DNA of 64,000 nt from the NCBI GenBank assembly GCA_036495095.1, contig DASXNK010000159.1, positions 10,515-74,514 on the forward strand, given 5' to 3'. The position numbers and the translations under genes are program-made. The notes below the pieces were generated by a model. It was given only the letters and a program-made list of their open reading frames with translations, ran no database searches and was not told the DNA's origin. Below, piece after piece: positions 24,868 to 33,379 of the stretch. Each line of letters starts with the position of its first letter. Position 1 is the first letter of the stretch. This DNA is from Candidatus Dormiibacterota bacterium. GTDB taxonomy: Bacteria; Chloroflexota; Dormibacteria; Aeolococcales; Aeolococcaceae.

Positions 24868-25362
24868 GTGGATGAGCAGAGTCGGTCCACGGAAAGGGTC
24901 GAGGAGCTGGAGGTCGACGCCGTCCACGACCGCCGCTGGCGGCCGGGCGCCGGCGTCGCCGATCCCGGTTATGCGGCGCTGCGGCACAGCATCGCGGAGC
25001 TGGGGCTGATCCGCCCGCTGCTGGTGCGGCCCCGCCCCGAGGGCGGCTACGAGCTGGTCCGGGGCGCGCGGCGGCTGCGGGCGATCCGCGAGCTCGGCGG
25101 CGGCACGGTGATGGCGGTGGTCCGCGAGCTCGGCGACCGCGAGGCGCTGGTCGGCGGCGCCTGGCCGGCGCTGATGCGCTCGGGGTGCAGCGAGGACGAG
25201 GCCGCCGAGCTCCGCGAGCAGCTGGTCGCCGCCGGCAGCTCCGCCTCGGAGGCGGTGGCGCTCACCGCGGTGCTGGGCTTCGACCCCGCCCCCGCGGAGG
25301 CGGCGGCGGTGGTGCTGCAGGGGCGGCCGGCGTGGGCCTGGAGCCCCGCCGCGAGCGCATAG
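24868..25362 (+). CDS. ParB-like N-terminal (ParB/Srx fold) domain protein
   Basis: ELGLIRPLLVRPRPEGGYELVRGARRLRAIRELG is the ParB N-terminal box (GxxRxxA). 164 aa with genome-typical G/C third positions. Confidence 0.7.
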   Translation: MDEQSRSTERVEELEVDAVHDRRWRPGAGVADPGYAALRHSIAELGLIRPLLVRPRPEGGYELVRGARRLRAIRELGGGTVMAVVRELGDREALVGGAWPALMRSGCSEDEAAELREQLVAAGSSASEAVALTAVLGFDPAPAEAAAVVLQGRPAWAWSPAASA

Positions 25363-25414
25363 TCCATAGTCCTCGCCGGCGGCGTCAGCATCAGGGTCAG
25401 GCGGAGGGCGAGGC

Positions 25415-27379
25415 ATCCGGCACCCCCAGTTCCCCTACCTCTTCTCGCCGCTGCGCCTCGGCTCCACGGTGGTGCCCAACCGGATCGTCTTCAGCGCCCA
25501 CCTGACCAACCTCGCCGAGGCCAACCGGGTGGGCCCGCGCCTGATCGCCTACTACGAGGAGCGAGCCGCCGGCGGGGTGGGGCTGATCATCACCGAGGAG
25601 CAGTCGGTGCACCCCACCGACCACCCCTACGAGCGGCTGATCAAGGCGTTCGACGAGCGGGTCGTCGACGGCTACCGGCGGCTGACCGCCGCCGTCCACC
25701 GCCACGGCGTCCCGGTGCTCGCCCAGATCAACCACAACGGTGGCCAGGCGGCCTCGACCTACACCCGGCTGCCCCTCTGGGCGCCGTCCCCGATCGCAGA
25801 CCCGCTCTTCCGCGAGGTGCCGATGGAGATGGGCGGCGCGGAGATCGACGAGGTGGTGCGCAGCTACGCCCGGGTGGCGGTGCACTGCCGGGAGGGCGGC
25901 TTCGATGGGGTCGAGCTCCAGGCCTCGCACAGCTCGATGCTCCGCCAGTTCCTGTCGCCCGCCTCCAACCGCCGCGACGACGCCTACGGGGGCACCACCG
26001 AGCGGCGGGCCCGGCTGGTCCGCGAGATCCTCGAGGCGATCCGCGCCGCGGTGGGCCGTGACTGGACCGTGGGGGTGCGCATCCCCGCCGACGAGTTCGT
26101 CGACGGGGGCATGACCCTGACCCACGCGCTCGCGACCGCCCGGCTGCTCGACGCCGACGGGCTCGTCGACTACTTCAACACCTCGATCGGCACCGCCACC
26201 CACTCCCTCTTCATGGTCGAGGGGTCGATGCACGTGCCCCCCGGCTACCAGCTCTTCGCCTCGGCGGCGCTGCGCGAGGTCACCGACCTGCCCGTGGTCG
26301 GGGTGGGACGGATCAAGGACCCGGTCCAGGCCGAGCAGGCGCTCGCCGCCGGCGCCTGCGACCTGGTGGGGATGGTGCGCCAGCAGATCGCCGACCCCGA
26401 GACCGCGCTGAAGGCCCGCGAGGGACGGGTGGAGGAGATCCGCCTCTGCATCTCGTGCAACCAGGAGTGCATCGGTCGCGAGGGGCTCAACCTCGACCTC
26501 GGCTGCATCGAGAACCCCGCCACCGGCCACGAGCAGACCCTCTCCCCGACCCGGCTCGGCCGGACCGCGCGGCCCCGGCGGGTGCTGGTGGTCGGAGGCG
26601 GGCCGGCGGGGATGGAGTGCGCCGCGGTCGCCGCCCGGCGCGGCCACCGGGTCACCCTCTGCGAGCGCGAGGACGAGCTCGGCGGCCAGGTGCGCCTGGC
26701 GGTGCGGGTGCCCAACCGCTCCGAGTTCGGCGACCTCACCCGGAACCTGGCCACCGCCCTGCGTCACAGCGGCGCCGAGGTGCGCACCGGCACCACCGTC
26801 AGCGTCGAGGAGGTCGCCGCCGGCGGCTGGGACGCGGTGGTGTGCTGCACCGGGTCGGTGCCCGCGCCGCCGCGCTTCGCAGGCGCCGGCGATGCCTCGC
26901 TGCTCAGCGTCCGGGCGGTGATGGAGGGCGCCGAGGTGGGCGAGCGGGTGGCGGTGCTCGACATGGTCGGCTTCCACCAGGCCACCAGCACCGTCGAGCT
27001 GCTCGCCGAGCGCGGCGCCCGGGTCGAGGTGTTCACCACCTCGCTCACCGTGGGCCAGGACCTCGGGCTCACCCTCGACTGGGAGAACTGGCACCGCCGG
27101 GTGCTCGCCCGCGGGGTGACCCTGACCACCAGCGTCGCCCCGCTCGGCATCGAGGGCGGGACGCTGAGCGCGGTCCACGCCTACTCCGGCGAGATGCTCT
27201 CCTTCGGCCCGTTCGACAGCGTGGTGGTCGCCGACCACGGCCGCGCCGACGACGACCTCTACCACGCGCTGCGGGTGGCGGCGGCGGCGCCGGAGGTGCT
27301 CCGCGCCGGTGACTGCGTCGCCCCGCGCCGGGCGGGCAACGCCATCGTCGAGGGCCACCGGGTGGCGCGGGCGCTGTGA
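25415..27379 (+). CDS. FadH/OYE-family oxidoreductase, mycofactocin-system type, copy 2
   Basis: ORF 25469..27379: [46 protein letters not shown]. The conserved N-terminus (FPYLFSPLRLGST) lies in frame upstream of the first canonical start. GGAGGG sits 6 nt before in-frame ATC 25415, so a tentative ATC start is used (minimal call is 25469). Confidence 0.9.
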   Translation: MRHPQFPYLFSPLRLGSTVVPNRIVFSAHLTNLAEANRVGPRLIAYYEERAAGGVGLIITEEQSVHPTDHPYERLIKAFDERVVDGYRRLTAAVHRHGVPVLAQINHNGGQAASTYTRLPLWAPSPIADPLFREVPMEMGGAEIDEVVRSYARVAVHCREGGFDGVELQASHSSMLRQFLSPASNRRDDAYGGTTERRARLVREILEAIRAAVGRDWTVGVRIPADEFVDGGMTLTHALATARLLDADGLVDYFNTSIGTATHSLFMVEGSMHVPPGYQLFASAALREVTDLPVVGVGRIKDPVQAEQALAAGACDLVGMVRQQIADPETALKAREGRVEEIRLCISCNQECIGREGLNLDLGCIENPATGHEQTLSPTRLGRTARPRRVLVVGGGPAGMECAAVAARRGHRVTLCEREDELGGQVRLAVRVPNRSEFGDLTRNLATALRHSGAEVRTGTTVSVEEVAAGGWDAVVCCTGSVPAPPRFAGAGDASLLSVRAVMEGAEVGERVAVLDMVGFHQATSTVELLAERGARVEVFTTSLTVGQDLGLTLDWENWHRRVLARGVTLTTSVAPLGIEGGTLSAVHAYSGEMLSFGPFDSVVVADHGRADDDLYHALRVAAAAPEVLRAGDCVAPRRAGNAIVEGHRVARAL

Positions 27380-28377
27380 CGCGCGGGGGAGACGCCGTCT
27401 GGGTCTGGGCCGAGCACCGCGACGGCGAGCTGAGCGAGGCGACCTGGGAGGTGCTCGCCGAGGGCCGCGAGCTCGCCGCCGCCCTCGGCGGGGCGCTCGT
27501 CATCGCCGGCGCCGGCCTGCCCGAGCCGCTGCCGCTGGCCGCCCTCGGCGGCGCCGGGGTGGCCCGGGTGCACCTCGCCGGGGCGCCGCCGCCCGGCGCC
27601 GAGGCCGGGGCGGGTGCCGCCGTCCTCGCCGCCCTCGCCGCCGCCGAGGGCGCACCGGCGGCGCTGCTGGTGCCGGCGACCGGCTCGGGCTCGGCGCTGG
27701 CGTCGCGGGCGGCGATCCGCCTCGGCGCCGCCTGCCTCGACGACTGCCTCGGCGTGACCGCCGCCGGCGGCGGCCTGCGGGGGCTGCGCTGGGCCTGCGA
27801 CGACCGCCTCCACGAGGAGTGGCTGGTCACCGGGCGGCCGCTGGTGGCGACGCTGCGCCCGCAGACCCGGGGCCGTCCCGACCCCGCCGGCGGGCCCGAG
27901 CCGGAGCTGATTCGCCACCCCGCCGCCGAGCTGCCGCCGCGGGTGCGCCATCTCGGCGAGCTGCCCGGCGACCCCGGCACCGTCCCGCTCGCCGAGGCCG
28001 CCCGGATCGTCGCCGCCGGCCTCGGCGCCGGCGGCCGGGACGCGCTGGCGGCGGTGGAGGAGCTGGCCCGGCTGCTCGGCGCCTCGGTCGGCGCCACCCG
28101 ACCGCTCGCCGACCGCGGCTGGGTGCCCTTCGAGCGGCAGATCGGCACCACCGGGCAGGTGGTGAGCCCCCGCCTCTATCTCGCCCTCGGCATCTCGGGC
28201 GCCCTCCAGCACCTCTCCGGCATCATCGGCGCCGAGACCATGGTGGCGGTGAACATCGACCGCAGCTGCCCGATGATGGCCCGGGCCACCCTCGCCGTCG
28301 CGGGCGACGTGGCCGAGGTCCTCCCCCTGCTGCTCGCCCGGCTGCGCGAGCGCGCCGGCGCCGGGGCGGCCTCGTGA
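27376..28377 (+). CDS. etfA: electron transfer flavoprotein alpha subunit (FixB-like)
   Basis: C-terminal FAD-binding signature GASVGATRPLADRGWVPFERQIGTTGQVVSPRLYLALGISGALQHLSG. GTGA overlap with the preceding gene. Confidence 0.9.
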   Translation: MTRGGDAVWVWAEHRDGELSEATWEVLAEGRELAAALGGALVIAGAGLPEPLPLAALGGAGVARVHLAGAPPPGAEAGAGAAVLAALAAAEGAPAALLVPATGSGSALASRAAIRLGAACLDDCLGVTAAGGGLRGLRWACDDRLHEEWLVTGRPLVATLRPQTRGRPDPAGGPEPELIRHPAAELPPRVRHLGELPGDPGTVPLAEAARIVAAGLGAGGRDALAAVEELARLLGASVGATRPLADRGWVPFERQIGTTGQVVSPRLYLALGISGALQHLSGIIGAETMVAVNIDRSCPMMARATLAVAGDVAEVLPLLLARLRERAGAGAAS

Positions 28378-29687
28378 CCACCGGCTTCGACGCCGTCGTC
28401 GCCGGCGCCGGCCCCGCCGGCAGCGCCGCCGCCCTCGCCCTCGCCCGGGCGGGGCGCAGCGTGCTGCTGCTCGAGCGCGGCGAGTTCCCGGGCAGCAAGA
28501 ACGTCTCCGGCGCCGCGGTCTACAGCCCCGACGTGCTCGAGGCGCTGGTGCCCCGCTTCTGGGAGTCCGCCCCGGTCGAGCGCGTCCTCACCCGCCGGGT
28601 GATCTGCGTCACCTCCGAGGAGTCGTCGGTGGCCCTCGACTTCAGCAGCCGGCGCTTCGCCAGCCCGCCGTACAACGCCTTCAGCGTGCTCCGGCCCCGC
28701 TTCGACCGCTGGCTCGCCGACCAGGCGGTGGCGGCGGGCGCGGTGCTGCTCTGCTCCACCGTCGCCGACGAGGTGCTCCGCGACGGCGCCGGGCGGGTGC
28801 GCGGGGTGCGGGTGCGGCGCGAGGGTGGCGAGATCGCGGCGCCGGTGGTGATCGCCGCCGACGGGGTCAACTCCTTCCTCGCCCGGGGCGCCGGGCTGCA
28901 GCGCGAGCTCACCGGACACGACCTCTCCCTGGGGGTGAAGGAGGTGATCGCCCTCGACCGCCACACCCTCGAGGAGCGCTTCCAGCTGGAGGGCGACCAG
29001 GGCGTCACCTACGAGTTCCTCGGCTCGGTGACCGGCGGCGTGGCGGGGGGGAGCTTCCTCTACACCAACCGCGAGTCGCTCTCGCTGGGGGTGATCGTGG
29101 AGATCGCCTCGCTCGCCGAGCACCGGGTGCGCCCCCACGAGCTGCTGGAGCGGTTCAGGGCCCATCCCACGGTGGCCCCGCTGGTGCGCGGCGGCCGGCT
29201 GGTGGAGTACTCGGCGCACATGGTCCCGGAGGCGGGGCAGCGGATGCTCGCCACCCTCGCCGGCGACGGCATCCTGGTCGCCGGCGACGCCGCCGGGCTC
29301 TGCTTCGCCACCGGCCTGTACCTCGAGGGGATCAACTACGCGATCGCCTCCGGCCGGGCCGCGGGCGAGGCCGCCGCCGATGCGCTCGCCGCCGGCGACA
29401 CCTCCGCGGCCGGGCTGGCCGGCTACCGGCGCCGGCTGGAGGAGCGCGGCGTGCTCCCCGACTTCCGTCGCTTCCGGCTCGCCCCCCGCTTCGTGATGGG
29501 TGAGCGGATCCACGGCCTCTACCCCGGGATCGTCACCGGGATCGCCGAGCGGGTGCTGCGCTCCGAGGGCGGCCGCCCCAAGCAGAAGCTGCTCCCCGCG
29601 GTGACCGGCGAGCTGCGCCGCGCCGGGGTGCCGCTGCGCCGGGTGCTGCGCGACCTCTGGGAGGGGGGACGGGCCTTCGGATGGTGA
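28374..29687 (+). CDS. fixC: FAD-dependent ETF-quinone-type oxidoreductase FixC
   Basis: GTG 28374 overlaps the etfA stop. FDAVVAGAGPAGSAAALALARAG, IAADGVNSFLAR, LVAGDAAG. Whole-length FixC-like (437 aa). Confidence 0.9.
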   Translation: MTTGFDAVVAGAGPAGSAAALALARAGRSVLLLERGEFPGSKNVSGAAVYSPDVLEALVPRFWESAPVERVLTRRVICVTSEESSVALDFSSRRFASPPYNAFSVLRPRFDRWLADQAVAAGAVLLCSTVADEVLRDGAGRVRGVRVRREGGEIAAPVVIAADGVNSFLARGAGLQRELTGHDLSLGVKEVIALDRHTLEERFQLEGDQGVTYEFLGSVTGGVAGGSFLYTNRESLSLGVIVEIASLAEHRVRPHELLERFRAHPTVAPLVRGGRLVEYSAHMVPEAGQRMLATLAGDGILVAGDAAGLCFATGLYLEGINYAIASGRAAGEAAADALAAGDTSAAGLAGYRRRLEERGVLPDFRRFRLAPRFVMGERIHGLYPGIVTGIAERVLRSEGGRPKQKLLPAVTGELRRAGVPLRRVLRDLWEGGRAFGW

Positions 29688-29965
29688 GCACGACGCTGGC
29701 GGAGAGGATGACCACGGTGCGGTTCCGCCCCGACCACGAGCCCCACATCGTCGTCGACGGCGACATCTGCCGCGACTGCTCGCTGCACACCTGCGTCTAC
29801 GTCTGCCCCGCCGACCTCTTCACCCTGCTCAGCGACGGCTCGATCCTCTTCAACCACGAGCAGTGCTTCGAGTGCGGCACCTGCTACATCGCCTGCAACC
29901 GCGAGGGGGCGATCAGCTGGCGGTACCCCGGGGGCGGGCGCGGCGTCACCTTCCGGGACTCCTAG
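29681..29965 (+). CDS. fixX: ferredoxin-like protein FixX
   Basis: 94 aa. CRDCSLHTCVYVCPADLF...EQCFECGTCYIAC. ATGGTGA overlap with fixC. Confidence 0.9.
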   Translation: MVSTTLAERMTTVRFRPDHEPHIVVDGDICRDCSLHTCVYVCPADLFTLLSDGSILFNHEQCFECGTCYIACNREGAISWRYPGGGRGVTFRDS

Positions 29966-29969
29966 GCGG

Positions 29970-30836
29970 ATGCGGGTCGCGGTCGCCGTCGAGCACGGCT
30001 GGGACCCCTCCACGGTCGAGGCCGACCCCCTGACCGGCACCGTCGACGAGACCCGGACGGTCGCCGGCCTCGGCGTCTCCGCCCTGGCCGCGGTGGCGCT
30101 GGCGCTGCGGCTGCGCGGCCCCGGCGGCCGGGTCGAGGTGCTCGTCGCCGCCCCCGCCAGCGCGGAGGGGGAGCTGCGCGGGCTGCTCGCCGCCGGCGTC
30201 GACGCGGTCACCCGGGTGTGGGCCGATGGGCTGGAGGGGGCGGGCACGGAGGCAGCCGCCCGGGCGCTCGCCCCGCCCCTCGCCACCGCCGCCGCCGACC
30301 TGGTGCTCACCGGCGGCCGCAGCCTCGACGGCGGCGCCGGCACCCTCGGGCCGATGCTCGCCGAGCTGCTCGGGCTCGCCGAGGCCACCGCCGTCGAGCA
30401 CCTGGAGGTGACCGATACCGAGGGTTGCGGCGAGGTCGTCGTCCGCCGCCGCCTCGAGCGCGGCGCCCGCGAGCGGGTCTCCCTCGCACTGCCCGCGGTG
30501 GTCTGCGTCGAGCCGGGCATCGCCGGCCTCGACGACGCCTCGCTGCCGGCGCTGCTCGCCGCCCGCGGGGCCCCGGTGGCGGTGCGGGAGGCGGCCCTCG
30601 ACGGCGTCGCCGGGGGCTGCCGCCGGGTCCGCCGGCTGCCCCCGCGGCCGCGGCCCCGCCGGCTCGCCGCCCCCGACCCCTCGCTGCCGGTGGAGGCGCG
30701 GCTCGCCGCCGTGCTCGGCGGCGGCGGACGCCACGACCAGGAGCACGCCCTGGTCGAGGGGCCGCCCGCGCTCCTGGTCGAGCGCATCCTCGGCCTGCTC
30801 GAGGAGCGGGGCTACCTCTCGCCGTCGCCGGGCTGA
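29970..30836 (+). CDS. etfB: electron transfer flavoprotein beta subunit (FixA-like)
   Basis: MRVAVAVEHGWDP..., DLVLTGGRSLDGGAGTLGPMLAELLGLAEATAVEHLEV. EtfB pattern, with a C-terminal extension. Confidence 0.85.
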   Translation: MRVAVAVEHGWDPSTVEADPLTGTVDETRTVAGLGVSALAAVALALRLRGPGGRVEVLVAAPASAEGELRGLLAAGVDAVTRVWADGLEGAGTEAAARALAPPLATAAADLVLTGGRSLDGGAGTLGPMLAELLGLAEATAVEHLEVTDTEGCGEVVVRRRLERGARERVSLALPAVVCVEPGIAGLDDASLPALLAARGAPVAVREAALDGVAGGCRRVRRLPPRPRPRRLAAPDPSLPVEARLAAVLGGGGRHDQEHALVEGPPALLVERILGLLEERGYLSPSPG

Positions 30837-31777
30837 GCCCCCGCCTCGCCGCCGCCGGGCATCGCCAGGGCGGCGTCGTCCGGGGCGGGCTCGGGCACCG
30901 GATTGGCCCGGGCGGTGGGCCGCCCCGGCACCTCGACCCGGCCCTCGCTGCGGCGGCTCCGGGCGGAGGTGGTGGCGGCGCGCCGGGCCTCGAACTCGGC
31001 GCTCCCGACCGCCCCGCGATCGCGCAGCTGGACGAGCTCGTCCAGCCCGCCGGGCAGCGCCGACCGGTGGGCGCGGGCGTGGTGCACCAGCGCCAGCAGC
31101 CGGTCGCGCGAGCCGGCCACGCTGTTGCCCGCGATCGGCAGCTTCTCCCAGCGACCGCTCGGCGTCCCGACGGTGATGGTCTCGTCGCCGTGGAAGACGA
31201 CGTCGCAGATGTCGGCGAGGTAGACGACCAGCTGGGCGCCGGCGTCGCGGCCGCGGCTGTACACCAGCCGCTGGGTGGTGAGGGTGAGGTCGCGGTTGCG
31301 GCTGGCGCGGGTGCTCGACGCCACCAGGAACTCGTCGTCGCGGAGCCGCAGGCCGCCGGGCAGGGGCACCGCCTGGGGATGGATGGGCACCGGGCAGCTG
31401 CTCGCCGCCCGCTGGTAGGCGGCGACGCGGTGGGCCCGGCTCTCGGCCTCACGGCTGGCCTCGAGGATCCGCTGCTGCCGGGACAGCTCCTTGGCGTCGA
31501 CGTCGGGCACGCCCACCTGCTGGAGGCGCTGCTTCAGGGTCGGCCCGGTGCGGCCGCGGCCGCCGAGGTGGTGGCTCGGCGGCAGCGGGGGCGGCCGGTG
31601 AGTCGTGGCCTGCCGCCGCTCCTCGCTGATCCCGACCCGCTTGAGCCGCGCCCCCAGTCCACCTGCCGGTGCGGTCCTGGGAGGGGTCGGTGGCACCTCC
31701 TCGATGGTCGCCTCGGGCCGCTCGCCCTCGACCTCCGGCGGCCAGAAGAGATCCGCCAACCGCTGCTTCACACCCAT
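30812..31777 (-). CDS. hypothetical protein with bacterial PH-like domain and C-terminal SHOCT domain
   Basis: In-frame ATG 31777 ([15 protein letters not shown]), overlapping the mftC stop by 10 nt. LTLTTQRLVYSRGRDAGAQLVVYLADICDVVFHGDETITV (PH-like). LDELVQLRDRGAVGSAEFEARR (SHOCT). Confidence 0.65.
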   Translation of the reverse strand: MGVKQRLADLFWPPEVEGERPEATIEEVPPTPPRTAPAGGLGARLKRVGISEERRQATTHRPPPLPPSHHLGGRGRTGPTLKQRLQQVGVPDVDAKELSRQQRILEASREAESRAHRVAAYQRAASSCPVPIHPQAVPLPGGLRLRDDEFLVASSTRASRNRDLTLTTQRLVYSRGRDAGAQLVVYLADICDVVFHGDETITVGTPSGRWEKLPIAGNSVAGSRDRLLALVHHARAHRSALPGGLDELVQLRDRGAVGSAEFEARRAATTSARSRRSEGRVEVPGRPTARANPVPEPAPDDAALAMPGGGEAGAQPGDGER

Positions 31778-32889
31778 GTCCCACCCTCTGTCGAGCTGCC
31801 GCCGTACCGGGTCGCCACCGCCGACGGGACGCGCACCCGGCGGGGGGCGAGCGCGAGCGGGATCAGGGTCTCGAGCGGGCCGGTCTCCGGGCGCCGGACG
31901 CACTCGGGGTCGGGGTCGTCGAGGGCCAGCCCGGCGAAGTGCTTGACCGCCATGCATCCACCGTGACAGCGGGAGTATGCGCCGCAGCTCTGGCAGCCGC
32001 CGCCCACCTGCTCGCCGCGCAGTCGGTGGAAGAGCGGCGAGTCCCGCCAGATCTCCGCGAAGGACGAGGTGCGGACGTTGCCGGCGCGGAACTCGTCGAC
32101 GAGCACGAAGGGGCACGCGAAGACGTCGCCCCGCGGGTCGACGCAGCAGACGATCCGCCCGGCGCCGCACATGTTCAGGCCGTCGAGCGGCTCGCCGAGC
32201 GCGGAGAGGTGGAAGAAGGAGTCGCCGGTGAGCACGTCGGGGTGGGCGCGCAGCCACTCGTAGAGGTGGCGGTTCTGCGCCTGGGTGAGGCGCAGCTGCT
32301 CCCACACGTGGAGACCGCGCCCCGAGGGCCGCAGCCGGGTGAGGCGCAGCTGGGCGCCGTACCCCACCGCGAGCTCGTGGAGCCGGTCCAGGGCGTCGAC
32401 GCTGCGGCGGGTGACGACGTGGTTGAGCTTGAAGGCGAACCCCTCGGCGGCGAGCAGGTCCATGGCGTTGCGGGCGTTGGCGTACGAGCCGTCGCCGCGG
32501 ATGGCGTCGTTGACCTCGGCGTCGACGCCGTCGAGGCTGATCTGCACGTCGAGGTAGTCGGTGCTCGCCACCCAGCGCGCGGCGGCGGCGTCGATGCGGC
32601 TGCCGTTGGTGCTGAACTTCACCCCCACGCCGCGGCCGATGGCGTGCTCCATCAGCTGGAAGAAGTCGGGGCGCACCATCGGCTCGCCGCCGCCGACGTT
32701 GATGTAGAAGACCCGCATCTCCGCCCAGTCGTCGATCAGCCGGGTGGCCTCGGCGGTGGTCAGCTCGTCGGGCGCGCGCCGCCCCGAGGAGCTGAGGCAG
32801 TGCACGCAGCGCAGGTTGCAGGCGTAGGTGATCTCCCAGGTCAGGCAGATCGGCGCGTTCAGCCCGCGGCTCAGGGCCTCATAGCGCAT
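31768..32889 (-). CDS. mftC: mycofactocin radical SAM maturase
   Basis: [30 protein letters not shown]...[10 protein letters not shown]...[12 protein letters not shown]...GDSFFHLS...LNMCGAGR...CPF...[13 protein letters not shown]. Colinear with M. tuberculosis MftC as I remember it. Confidence 0.95.
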   Translation of the reverse strand: MRYEALSRGLNAPICLTWEITYACNLRCVHCLSSSGRRAPDELTTAEATRLIDDWAEMRVFYINVGGGEPMVRPDFFQLMEHAIGRGVGVKFSTNGSRIDAAAARWVASTDYLDVQISLDGVDAEVNDAIRGDGSYANARNAMDLLAAEGFAFKLNHVVTRRSVDALDRLHELAVGYGAQLRLTRLRPSGRGLHVWEQLRLTQAQNRHLYEWLRAHPDVLTGDSFFHLSALGEPLDGLNMCGAGRIVCCVDPRGDVFACPFVLVDEFRAGNVRTSSFAEIWRDSPLFHRLRGEQVGGGCQSCGAYSRCHGGCMAVKHFAGLALDDPDPECVRRPETGPLETLIPLALAPRRVRVPSAVATRYGGSSTEGGTWV

Positions 32890-33145
32890 CGACGACCCCC
32901 CGCCGGCGCAGCCCCTCGAGGAGGGTGAGCATCCGCGGCACCGCCTCGGCGCTCAGCTCGCCCCCGGCCACCAGGGTGTCGGCGATTTCGCCGACCGCAC
33001 GGCTGCCGTCGGAGCGGAGGAAGGCGTCGAGCGGCGGTTCGACGAAGAAGAGCCGGCGCTCGTCATAGGTGTAGACGAGGGCGCCGAAGGGCTCGTCACG
33101 CAGCGCTGCCCGGGGGGCGAGTCGGACGCGGTCGGTCCGGGTCAA
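32879..33145 (-). CDS. mftB: mycofactocin biosynthesis chaperone
   Basis: 88 aa, TTG start. [21 protein letters not shown]...; position between mftA and mftC. 11-nt overlap with mftC. Confidence 0.9.
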   Translation of the reverse strand: MTRTDRVRLAPRAALRDEPFGALVYTYDERRLFFVEPPLDAFLRSDGSRAVGEIADTLVAGGELSAEAVPRMLTLLEGLRRRGVVDAL

Positions 33146-33148
33146 CCC

Positions 33149-33307
33149 TCAGTACACGCCGCACATGCCGTCGATGCTGATCTCCCCGAGCAGCATCTCC
33201 TCGAGGTCGGCGTCCTCCTCGGGAGGAGTGTCGAGGGAGGGGGTGGCGGGGTCGAGGATCGCGACCTCATCGGTCGCCGCCGGTGCCGGCTGGTCGCGCT
33301 CGTGCAT
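33149..33307 (-). CDS. mftA: mycofactocin precursor peptide
   Basis: Hand-translated 52-aa ORF absent from the track: MHERDQPAPAATDEVAILDPATPSLDTPPEEDADLEEMLLGEISIDGMCGVY*. It has the canonical C-terminal IDGMCGVY. AGGGGG 7 nt before the ATG. Stop is 3 nt before mftB. Confidence 0.9.
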   Translation of the reverse strand: MHERDQPAPAATDEVAILDPATPSLDTPPEEDADLEEMLLGEISIDGMCGVY

Positions 33308-33349
33308 GCCGTCGCCCCCTGTCGGACCCCTCTTCGTCGCTGCCGGGCC

Positions 33350-33379
33350 AAGCTAGCAGCGGGATCTTCATCCTGTCAA
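33350..33379 (-). promoter_or_regulatory. candidate sigma-70-type promoter for mftA
   Basis: Minus strand, immediately after the upstream stop: TTGACA (33379-33374), 18-nt spacer, TAGCTT (33355-33350), about 40 nt before the mftA ATG. Confidence 0.35.

Noticed and set aside
33142-33356. ORFs 33142..33351(-) and 33165..33356(+) at the mftA locus
   Set aside because: Arg/Ser-rich nonsense. The remaining minus frame encodes the canonical ...IDGMCGVY precursor with its own RBS.
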